Of a DNA stretch of 33,085 nucleotides, positions 22,401 to 33,085 are shown piece after piece. The position numbers and the translations under genes are program-made. Source of the DNA: Octopus bimaculoides (lineage: Eukaryota); contig NC_069003.1 of the NCBI RefSeq assembly GCF_001194135.2, positions 10,207,832-10,240,916 of the forward strand, in the 5' to 3' direction. How positions within the stretch are numbered: the stretch's first letter is position 1; each line of letters opens with the position of its first letter. The notes beneath the pieces are model-generated. The model worked only from the letters and a program-made list of their open reading frames with translations. It ran no database searches and was not told the DNA's origin.

Positions 22401-22610
22401 GGCGGCGAACTGGCAGAATCGGTAAGATTCCGAGAAAAATGCTTAAAGGCAATTCGTCCGTCATTAAGGTCTGAGTTCAAATTCCGCCGAGGTCGACTTT
22501 GTCTTTTACCCTTTCAGTATCAATAAAATAAGTACTACCTAAGCACTGGGGTCGATGTCATTGACTTATCCCTCTCCCACAGCGGAAACTGTACCAAAAC
22601 TTGAAACCAA
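22401..22610 (+). mobile_element. SINE family A
   Basis: A-box TGGCAGAATCGG, B-box GAGTTCAAATTCC, ctggggtcgatg core, ccaaaacttgaaacc tail. Confidence 0.9.
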
Positions 22611-22891
22611 TAATATTATTATAACGATGACGAGGAGGGAAGTGGACAAAGACAAAGAAGTTATGGAGGCGGTGAAAAGGGGAGCGAAGAGAAACATTTC
22701 GATGGATTCATTGAAATCAATGGCGTCCAAATTGCACCATAAGTCATTAGTAATGATGTGTCAGGCAGACCATCCTTGGGTATTTATGGATTTTAGTGCA
22801 AGTTTTACTAGTGTTGTTGCAGTGGCTGTTGTTATAGACTAATTAGTCATTTTACAAAGAAGCTTATAGCTGTATTAAGTTACTCTATATT

Positions 22892-23109
22892 CTCAGAGTC
22901 GCCCGTTCATACCTGTCTCCCCTCTCCACGCCACCAGTGTTATCCAAGGGAAAGGCAAAGACCGATACAGATTGGCACCTGTGACGTCGCAACTCATTTC
23001 TACAGTTGAGTGAACTGGAGAAACGTGAAATAAAGTGCCTTGCTCAAGAACACAACACGCAGTCCGGTCCGGGATTCGACGCTCTAACCACTGAGCCATT
23101 TGCCTTCAC
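22892..23109 (-). mobile_element. tRNA-derived SINE with conserved central domain; head internally deleted
   Basis: The minus strand reads gtgaaggcaaaTGGCTCAGTGGttagagcgTCGAATCCCggacc...gtgttcttgagcaaggcactttatttcacg...ccagttcactca.ctgtagaaatgag. The cttgagcaaggcactt segment resembles central domains of SINE superfamilies. Confidence 0.8.
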
Positions 23110-23146
<37 letters not shown>

Positions 23147-23647
23147 GATGTAAATTCTTAGCACCATTAGAGTGAAAATTAAGACATGACAAAAGTGGCC
23201 AATGTCTACACCGGTTAATATGTCGGCTTTATAAAATCAAAAGTCGTATAATCACCACCCTGAGCTTGTAACTAGTGGAGAAAATGTAATGATTGTTCGG
23301 TACTTTCCAGTACATTCAGACCGAAGCATCAAAACTAATAAACCAGATATTGTTGTGAAAGACCAAAACTATGAAAACTGTTTATTGATCGATATGAGTA
23401 TTCCTCCTGATCATAATATCTAAGCAAAAGAATTTGACAAGCTCAGAAAATATAAAGATTTCCTCGTTGAAATCGAAAAAAAAAAAAAATGTGGCACTTC
23501 AAGGGTTACAGCACCCGTGATTGTAGGAGCAGTAAGAATGATAAAAAAAGGAAGTGAAAATTATTTGAGAATAATCCCTGGCTACCATCCTTGAAAAAAG
23601 TGCAAAAGATTGCTTCAACTGGTGCGTCACATGCATTGAGAAGAGCA
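23147..23647 (+). mobile_element. R4/Dong-type (RLE) LINE fragment
   Basis: With stops and frameshifts it reads CKFLAPLE*KLRHDK...LHRLICRLY...TNKPDIVVKD...CLLIDMSIP.D.NI..KEFDKLRKYKD...MWH...PVIVGA...QKIASTGASHALRRA. These are the end of the CCHC knuckle, the RHD motif and the PD..D endonuclease. Preceded by (AAT)n. Confidence 0.9.
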
Positions 23648-23777
<130 letters not shown>

Positions 23778-24304
23778 TTGGAGGAAATATCAAAGGCACG
23801 TGTTGAGAGGAATTCTTTGGTGTCTTAATAATTCACCCCTGCAAATATGGGTGTTTCGTTCATCATCGTCATGCAACCCGGACTTTTTGAACAGGATAGG
23901 CTACTCGACCTGTAGGAAATTCTAACTGGGCCTCACCTACAAAGTCATGTTTTTCTTGATATGAGATCACCATGTCGCGAACATATGGTTGTGATGCATG
24001 TGTCTGATGTACTTTTATCAGACGGGTAGTCATGATGATTATATTAGGCTTCGTATATTTCAGGTCTTGTGCCCCTAGTAGAAAAGATTATTGACAATGG
24101 TTCCTGTTATTTGCCACAGGGGCATGAATGGGGGGCGGGGGTGGAATACTAAAGAAATATCCATTTGTGGTGTTTAGAAAAAAATATTTAGAAAAAAACA
24201 ACAAATAATGAATAAGGGAGTTAACTCTCATAAGATCTGTTGATCGAAATTTTTAACTAAAGGAACAACAATTATAACCAGTTCAATTAGTAACCTTGCG
24301 GTTT

Positions 24305-24307
24305 TGT

Positions 24308-24369
<62 letters not shown>

Positions 24370-24533
24370 TATTGTTGTTGTTGTTGTTGAGGGGATGTGA
24401 TGGGAATGAGGATACTGGTGCTGCTGTTTGATATTGCACCTATTCTTATCGCTATTGTTTGCAATTGTTGCTACCGTTGTTCTTCTTGTTACAGTAATTG
24501 TAGTGGCTGCTGCAATAATAACAATTATTATCA

Positions 24534-24603
<70 letters not shown>

Positions 24604-24613
24604 CATTATTATT
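24305..24613. repeat. (GTA)n/(GTT)n and (ATT)n arrays
   Basis: Directly visible; the (ATT)n is the tail or target of the adjacent LINE. Confidence 0.92.
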
Positions 24614-24988
24614 ACTTTACTTCTCAGAGCTCTCGGTTGATTCTGTGAAAAGCAAGCAATAACCTGTTGTCAAAAGTCTCACAGGGTCTTTTCTCGCAAA
24701 TTATAAACTTTGGATGTTAACTTATCGTGGAAGACGTTCGTCACTCAAGCATCAATCTCAAAATCCTAACTGTCCCCAATAGAGAAGGTTTTTTGAGCCT
24801 GCTCTGCCATGATGTCAATACCAATTTCTCCGACATATTTTTCGAACCTGGTTGTTAGGGCTCCGAATAGCCCAACAACTACTGGGATAACAGTTACTCT
24901 TCTCATTGCCCACATTCTTCCAATTTCATCTTTTAGTAGTCTCTATTTTTTCCATCTTTGCCACCTCATTGTCATCTACGCGTGCAAG
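24614..24988 (-). mobile_element. R4/Dong-type LINE, 5'-truncated, 3' end intact
   Basis: ARVDDNEVAKMEK/RLLKDEIGRMWAMRRVTVIPVVVG.FGA...QAQKT/LLGTVRILRLMLE* (stop 24741-24743), then a ~125-bp 3' UTR running into (TAA)n. A short (TAA)3 also lies at the 5' junction (24989-25000). Confidence 0.88.
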
Positions 24989-25019
24989 ATTATTATTATT
25001 TTTTTTTTTTAATATATTA

Positions 25020-25329
25020 TTAATATAGAAAGGATTGAGGTAACTCCTCCTGAAGATATAGAGTCAAAATTAAAAGAAGAGTGCCATTTGTTATCTTGTG
25101 AACAATATTTCGACATCTCGCGTGTCTTCAACTGGTTCAAAAAATAAATTTGTCAATCTACTTCATTTTGGTTAATATAGAAAGGATTGAGGTAACTCCT
25201 CCTGAAGATATAGTGTCAAAATTAAAAGAAGAGTGCCATTTGTTATCTTGTGAACAATTTTGACTCTATATCTTCAGGAGGAGTCACCTCAATCCTTTCT
25301 ATATTAACCAAAATGAAGTAGATTGACAA
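25020..25329. repeat. Direct plus inverted (fold-back) duplication block
   Basis: 25020-25106 equals 25172-25258 (87 bp, 1 mismatch). 25258-25329 is the reverse complement of 25150-25221 (72 bp, 2 mismatches). Confidence 0.95.
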
Positions 25330-25344
25330 NNNNNNNNNNATCTA

Positions 25345-25412
25345 AAAAAAAAATTAATAAATAAATAAATTCATGAATGGATGTTGTTTTCACAGCGATA
25401 GTGCTCTTCTCA
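25345..25412 (-). mobile_element. Terminal codons and 3' UTR start of an R4/Dong-type LINE
   Basis: The minus strand reads AGA AGA GCA CTA TCG CTG TGA (RRALSL*), continuing the HALRRA end of 23147-23647. Confidence 0.55.
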
Positions 25413-25428
25413 TATTATTATTATTATT

Positions 25429-25791
25429 CAGTAGTTTTATTTCTTTTACGTGCTTTCACTTCACTACCGAGCGCAGCTCTGTGTGCCTTGGGTATGTGCT
25501 GTGGTTTGCTGTGATGCTCTTATGGTTACTGTATTGAAAGTGTTTTGCGTATGATGTGTGCAGTGCACAGTAGTGCAATTTTCTGTGTTATATATATTTG
25601 TAAGTCCTAGTGTTTTTGTTATGTATTTGTCTGAATATTTTTTTTATTATACCTAAGGCACCTACTATGATAGGAATTGTTTCTGTTTTTATATTCCACA
25701 TTCGAGTTACCTCTATTTCCAGGTCTTTGTATTTTGAAAGTTTTTCCATTTCTTTTAGGGAAACGTTGTCATCTGCTGGAATTGATACATC
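25429..25791 (-). mobile_element. R4/Dong-type LINE 3' end, cut by gap
   Basis: DVSIPADDNVSLKEMEKLSKYKDLEIEVTRMWNIKTETIPIIVGALG.../QKIALLCTAHIIRKTLSIQ* (stop 25526-25528), a ~95-bp 3' UTR, and a (TAA)n tail at 25413-25428. Confidence 0.92.
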
Positions 25792-28072
25792 NNNNNNNNN
25801 NNNNNNNNNNNNNNNNNNNNNNNNNNNNNNNNNNNNNNNNNNNNNNNNNNNNNNNNNNNNNNNNNNNNNNNNNNNNNNNNNNNNNNNNNNNNNNNNNNNN
25901 NNNNNNNNNNNNNNNNNNNNNNNNNNNNNNNNNNNNNNNNNNNNNNNNNNNNNNNNNNNNNNNNNNNNNNNNNNNNNNNNNNNNNNNNNNNNNNNNNNNN
26001 NNNNNNNNNNNNNNNNNNNNNNNNNNNNNNNNNNNNNNNNNNNNNNNNNNNNNNNNNNNNNNNNNNNNNNNNNNNNNNNNNNNNNNNNNNNNNNNNNNNN
26101 NNNNNNNNNNNNNNNNNNNNNNNNNNNNNNNNNNNNNNNNNNNNNNNNNNNNNNNNNNNNNNNNNNNNNNNNNNNNNNNNNNNNNNNNNNNNNNNNNNNN
26201 NNNNNNNNNNNNNNNNNNNNNNNNNNNNNNNNNNNNNNNNNNNNNNNNNNNNNNNNNNNNNNNNNNNNNNNNNNNNNNNNNNNNNNNNNNNNNNNNNNNN
26301 NNNNNNNNNATATATATAATACAAAGAATATATATACATGTATACACACATATATGTACATACTTACATCTACATGTGTATATATATGCATATCAGGGTA
26401 CAGGACGTTATATATATATATATACATATATAAGTGTGTGTGAGTGTGTGTATATATGTATGTGTGTATGTTTATATACATATATATACATATATAAACA
26501 AGTACACATACATATATATACACACACTCACACACTCGCACATGCACGCACGCACACATGCACACACACACACACACACACACACGTATATGATGTTTCG
26601 GGTGACACGCAGCAAATCTTTCCCACCGGGTTGAATTTCGCTTATGGAAGTGACTTCAAATCTCATATCAGAGGAGCGGTGGTGGAGAGAGGAGCGAAGA
26701 GGAAGGTGGGGTGGGGGAGAGGGCGACGTTCGGCGTCAGAATGTGGGGTGGCAGAATGACGGNNNNNNNNNNNNNNNNNNNNNNNNNNNNNNNNNNNNNN
26801 NNNNNNNNNNNNNNNNNNNNNNNNNNNNNNNNNNNNNNNNNNNNNNNNNNNNNNNNNNNNNNNNNNNNNNNNNNNNNNNNNNNNNNNNNNNNNNNNNNNN
26901 NNNNNNNNNNNNNNNNNNNNNNNNNNNNNNNNNNNNNNNNNNNNNNNNNNNNNNNNNNNNNNNNNNNNNNNNNNNNNNNNNNNNNNNNNNNNNNNNNNNN
27001 NNNNNNNNNNNNNNNNNNNNNNNNNNNNNNNNNNNNNNNNNNNNNNNNNNNNNNNNNNNNNNNNNNNNNNNNNNNNNNNNNNNNNNNNNNNNNNNNNNNN
27101 NNNNNNNNNNNNNNNNNNNNNNNNNNNNNNNNNNNNNNNNNNNNNNNNNNNNNNNNNNNNNNNNNNNNNNNNNNNNNNNNNNNNNNNNNNNNNNNNNNNN
27201 NNNNNNNNNNNNNNNNNNNNNNNNNNNNNNNNNNNNNNNNNNNNNNNNNNNNNNNNNNNNNNNNNNNNNNNNNNNNNNNNNNNNNNNNNNNNNNNNNNNN
27301 NNNNNNNNNNNNNNNNNNNNNNNNNNNNNNNNNNNNNNNNNNNNNNNNNNNNNNNNNNNNNNNNNNNNNNNNNNNNNNNNNNNNNNNNNNNNNNNNNNNN
27401 NNNNNNNNNNNNNNNNNNNNNNNNNNNNNNNNNNNNNNNNNNNNNNNNNNNNNNNNNNNNNNNNNNNNNNNNNNNNNNNNNNNNNNNNNNNNNNNNNNNN
27501 NNNNNNNNNNNNNNNNNNNNNNNNNNNNNNNNNNNNNNNNNNNNNNNNNNNNNNNNNNNNNNNNNNNNNNNNNNNNNNNNNNNNNNNNNNACACGGTCAC
27601 ACACACACCGACGTGTGTTTGTGTGCATGTATGTTTGTATATTTGTATGTATGTATGTATGTATGTATGTATGTATGTATGTATGTATGTATGTAGATGT
27701 CGTAGGTGGGTAGGTGAGTATATAACAACAATTAAAGCTGACATTTTAGCGCCATTTTAATTGCTGCTATTATTATTAACCCTATATATTGAGTAGCTTT
27801 CCCTTCGAAAACGCACATAGATACAAACATACACATATATAATATGAATTTCGAAACTTCGAGAGAAAGTGAAATAATTTTTCCTTTTTTTCTTTCAATT
27901 TTTAGTATGATGGTATTCTAAGCAGATAAAGCTATAGATGATGGGGCGTATATTGGCTTCTATCGAAAGCGTCTTTTTCACTCAATATTTACATTTACAA
28001 TATGTATGCATACATACATACATACATACATACATACATACATACATACATACATACATACATGCATACATA

Positions 28073-28660
28073 TTCACATCAGAAGCAGTTCTCCGAAAAT
28101 GTCATCAAGTATTAATTACCGATGAGACATGATGTGCCAAGGCTAACCCTAAGGACAACGAAATAAGAACCTACAGTATGGTAGAAGCTACAGCCACTCA
28201 TAATAAAAAGGAGCGCTGGTGGAATGTCCCAGTGAAAACCTCAATAAAACGTATACACAATAGACCTGACATAGTAATTTGGGATAGAGAAGAGAAATAT
28301 ACAGTTGGGGAAATCAGTTGTCCAGCAATGTTAACATAAAGCTAAAGATAAGCGAAATAGAAAATTCCTACGCTGAACTATTGAGGAATCTACAGCTATT
28401 CTATCCAGATTACAAGTTCAGGTTTATACCTGTAATTATTGGGCCACTAGGATATGTAACACACTGCCTAAATACCAATCTTGAGAAATTAGGCTTCTCA
28501 AAACCAGAAAGGAGAAAGCTGATTCTAAGACTACAAATCCAAGTGGAACTGTAAAAATTTATAAAACTTTCGAGAAGGTTATTATTTAAGTATATATGAG
28601 CATGTCTAGACATGCAACTATATGCATGATTCCACATGCATAAAACAAAACATACAAATC
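28073..28660 (+). mobile_element. Divergent RLE (R4/Dong-like) LINE fragment embedded in (TACA)n
   Basis: HIRSSSPKMSS/LPMRHDV...WWNVPVKTSIKRIHNRPDIVIWDREEK..EISCPA/VNIKLKISE.ENSYAELLRNL...FIPVIIGPLG.../GTVKIYKTFEKVII* (stop 28587-28589). (CATA)n lies at 28009-28072 and ~28665-28715. Confidence 0.9.
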
Positions 28661-28715
28661 TACACATATACATACATACATACATACATACATACATACA
28701 TACATACATACATAC

Positions 28716-28824
28716 CCTGTTGATGTTGAAATTCTAATGAAGGAGCCTTGGAGTCAGGTTAGGAACCGACTCTTTCTTTATTGGCAAGGAAATCTTGAAA
28801 TAAAAAAATAAAATTGAATAATGA
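28716..28824 (+). mobile_element. Short element embedded in (TACA)n, copy 2
   Basis: catac|cctgttg...gaaatt...tgaaggagccttgga...gaaataaaa..tgaataatga|cata has the same ends as copy 1 (3666-3767, minus). Confidence 0.8.
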
Positions 28825-29196
28825 CATAGATACATACATACATACATATATATATATANNNNNNNNNNNNNNNNNNNNNNNNNNNNNNNNNNNNNNNNNN
28901 NNNNNNNNNNNNNNNNNNNNNNNNNNNNNNNNNNNNNNNNNNNNNNNNNNNNNNNNNNNNNNNNNNNNNNNNNNNNNNNNNNNNNNNNNNNNNNNNNNNN
29001 NNNNNNNNNNNNNNNNNNNNNNNNNNNNNNNNNNNNNNNNNNNNNNNNNNNNNNNNNNNNNNNNNNNNNNNNNNNNNNNNNNNNNNNNNNNNNNNNNNNN
29101 NNNNNNNNNNNNNNNNNNNNNNNNNNNNNNNNNNNNNNNNNNNNNNNNNNNNNNNNNNNNNNNNNNNNNNNNNNNNNNNNNNNNNNNNNNNNNNNN

Positions 29197-29315
29197 TAAA
29201 TAACAAAAGGATGTATTAGTATGACGCTCAGGAATACGGAAAGTCTTTGACGTTTCGAGCTACGCTCTTCAACAGAAATAATACGGAGACAAGGAGAAAA
29301 ACACGGAGAAAAAAA
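29197..29315 (-). mobile_element. Probable Penelope-like element terminal-repeat fragment
   Basis: Minus-strand CTGTTGAAGAGCGTAGCTCGAAACGTC (29249-29275) resembles the CTGANGA-A-stem-GAAACG motif of Penelope pseudo-LTRs. No PLE ORF is visible. Confidence 0.5.
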
Positions 29316-29358
29316 TATATATATGTATGTATGTATGTATATATATATTATCTATATC

Positions 29359-29389
<31 letters not shown>

Positions 29390-29659
29390 GGAATAATTAC
29401 TATGAAGCATTGTGTAGAATATATTGTATAAAGGATCGTGGGTAATTAATGTAGCCTTACCTTGTATTCAATATTTCGGGGTTATGACCCCATTTTCAAG
29501 AAATTGACGAATGTTGCCGATATGCGTGTGTGTGGGCATGTGTGGAGTGGACATGCACGGAAAGGTGTTGCTATAGCAACCAGTTAGCTTCCTGTAACTT
29601 ACTTCTATTGTTGATTTTAGGTTTCTTTTGGTGTATGAGGATGGCCTCGGAGATTCTAA

Positions 29660-29807
29660 GGTTTCCGTCTACCATATTCACTCACAAGGGCTTGGTCATT
29701 CCAAGGCTATATCAGAAGACGCTTGTCCAAGGTTCCATGCAGTGGGACTGCACCAGGAACTATGTAGTCTGGAAGCAAGCTTCTTACCACACAGCCACGC
29801 CTGCGCC
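29660..29807 (-). mobile_element. SINE family B, 5' half
   Basis: gtttccgtctacca...ctcacaagg...gcagtgggactg...aagcaagcttcttaccacacagccacgcctgcgcc is the reverse complement of 20659-20810. Confidence 0.85.
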
Positions 29808-29812
29808 TGTTT

Positions 29813-29813
29813 A

Positions 29814-29868
<55 letters not shown>
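29813..29868. repeat. (TATC)n microsatellite
   Basis: Directly visible. Confidence 0.95.
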
Positions 29869-30731
29869 ATACACATAATTAAGGGATCAGCAAATATTTG
29901 CTTCACCATATACCGAAGTTCAGAAATAGCAGCTAAAAAATNNNNNNNNNNATATACACGCACTCACGGTATAAGTCTCTGAATTGCTATGGCACCCTGA
30001 CGAATTTTCAACAATATGTGAATTTCAGCAATGATGGTTATTGTTCGTTGATGTTCTTTGGGGGAAGTTTTTTTTTTTTAATCCTGAATAGAGTATCAAG
30101 TGGCGAAATCTGAAGGTTATAAATGCTATTGTTATTATTTTTAAGTTGGTGAGACTCACTTTAGGTCAGGCATAGGTTAACTCTTGGCATATATTATGTG
30201 AGCTCTGTATTCGCTTATATGTGAACATGTACGGATGTATTTATTATATACGTATATATATATATATGTGTATATGTGTGTGTGTGTGTGTGTGTCTGTG
30301 TATACATGCTCGCACACACACATACACAGACACACAGACATATATTTATACAAACATTTAGTGTACACACTAACGTATGTGCAACAGATATGTAAAAGTT
30401 ATGAATATATAATTATCTAAATACCTCAATAGAGCAATTCTATAAATACATGACTTTATAACCGTTTAAGTATTTTATAACTATATAAATACATAAAAAT
30501 TATTGTAAAATTTGTTTAAAATTATTTCTAACTTTCACAGGTTTTATTATGCACACAGACGTAAACTTTAGAAGCATATAATGTAAATAAAATTTATATG
30601 ATGTGTAACTACAGATAAAGATTAAGGTATAAGGAATCGGAGTAATTGACAAATCAGAGCAAAATGCACCTAAATGCGTGTTCATGCTTACGTGCAGTTT
30701 CAAGTTTACTTGTGATTATAATCTAACTAAT

Positions 30732-31800
<1,069 letters not shown>

Positions 31801-32227
31801 ATTATAAATATATATGTGTTTGTGTGTACTATATGTACATACTATAATTGATACGTAGCAGCGCTCGTTGGGTTTTCCGATATGGATGGATATCTACAAT
31901 TGTCTAGCTTTAGTGTATTACTGAGGTAATTTAATGTTGCGGTATATGGTTACTCTTATTGTTAGAGTTAATCCTTTAATTGTATTGATAAGGCTATTTC
32001 TAAAATTGTTTAATCGGTCTCGTATTACCAATTAGACAATTTTGTGTTTTGGTGTTGTGAGCCCATTATCACGATATAAGCCACCGTTTAATTTTCTAAA
32101 TTTTGCACGTAGTGAGTGGATACAATACATAGAGGCGTATAGTACTTACAGTTTATATTTGTGGTTAAGCTATACATAGATACAAGTTAGCATAAAAAAG
32201 GAAGAAAATGAATATGCACATTTTATA

Positions 32228-32665
32228 GGCACAAGCATAACCGTGTGGTTAAAAAGTCCCTTTTCTGCCACGTGAATTCGGGTTCAGACCCGCAACGCGG
32301 CACTTGGATAAGTGTCGTCTACTCTAGCTCTGGATCGCTCAATATCTTGTGAGTTTAAATTGTGTGGAAACCCGTCGTATATGTGTGTATGTGTAAGTAT
32401 GTATGTATGTGTGCGTGTCTTTGTGTTTCTGTTTGCCCATCCCCCCATCGCTTGACAGTTAACGTTGGTTTGTTTATGTCCCAGGAATTCAACAGTAATT
32501 TAACATTTCGGACAAAGAGACCAATAGAATACATACCAGACTTTAAAAAAAAATTTTTTTTAACTGAATTCGAGGGTCGATTTTTTTTCGACTAAATCCT
32601 TCAAGGTTGTGCTCCAGCATGGGCGCAGTCCAATGACTGAAACGACAAGTAAAAGACAGAAGATA
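32228..32665 (+). mobile_element. SINE family B, full length, old copy with internal TG/TATG tract
   Basis: Colinear with 20659-21105: gtgtggt, gggttcagaccc, ttgtgagt, cccgtcgtatatg, ccatcgcttgaca, gtgctccagcatgg.cgcag, atgactgaaac. Confidence 0.8.
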
Positions 32666-33085
32666 TCGTTCAAATGTTAAAAGAATGTTCTGAATCACTC
32701 TATATGCATGCAGATGTCTATATTAGTATACTTAGATCTGTGCAGAGCAAATAGTTGCTTGTCGTGCGCTTGTGTATGGATGTCTATAGATGACTGTCGA
32801 CTGCATATATACGTATATATGTGTCTTTGTGTATGTGTGAACGTGCGTATATATATGTATGTATATGTGCATATATGTATGTATGTATATGTGCATGTTA
32901 TTGTGTAGAAGAACCGAAATGCACTTATTTGTCCTCCGAGCCGTTTTTCTCTTCAGTTCTTTTTTGTTGTTTTTGTTATTTTTTTGCATGTTTTAAATTT
33001 TCTCTTCTTTTTAGCTTTTCTTTTTACTCGGTAGATGGATGGGTGGGCAACGGGTGGGGTATGAAACAGCAGTAGAAATAATGAC

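Noticed and set aside
23778-24080. Sequence that looks like an interspersed-repeat body
   Set aside because: Single copy in the window with no diagnostic motif, TIR or ORF, so it cannot be supported without a search.
26590-26762. GC-richer unique segment with short open frames (MMFRVTRSKSFPPG*)
   Set aside because: No splice or homology evidence, and it is truncated by a gap.

Overview
AT-rich, microsatellite-saturated eukaryotic draft assembly with 15 N-runs. The repeat families look like those of Octopus/coleoid cephalopods, which is an inference from sequence recognition. Only one host coding exon is supportable: the terminal exon of a filamin-family (jitterbug/FLN-2-like) gene at 1080-1324 (+). 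The rest is 3' UTR/intergenic DNA. It contains tRNA-derived SINEs of several families, decayed mariner elements and a mariner MITE, RTE- and CR1-like LINE scraps, a probable Penelope-like terminus and a degenerate tRNA-Thr(TGT)-like sequence. It also holds five pieces of restriction-like-endonuclease (R4/Dong-type) LINEs. The main non-trivial signal is a retroelement-microsatellite system. Dong-like fragments sit in (TAA)n arrays, while a divergent RLE lineage and a ~105-bp fixed-end companion element sit in (TACA)n arrays. One Dong-like copy appears split, with its last codons inverted 1.75 kb away next to a fold-back duplication. Nearly all ORFs in the supplied track are artefacts of microsatellites, N-runs or decayed repeats. 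No database searches were run, so all family assignments rest on motif recognition.
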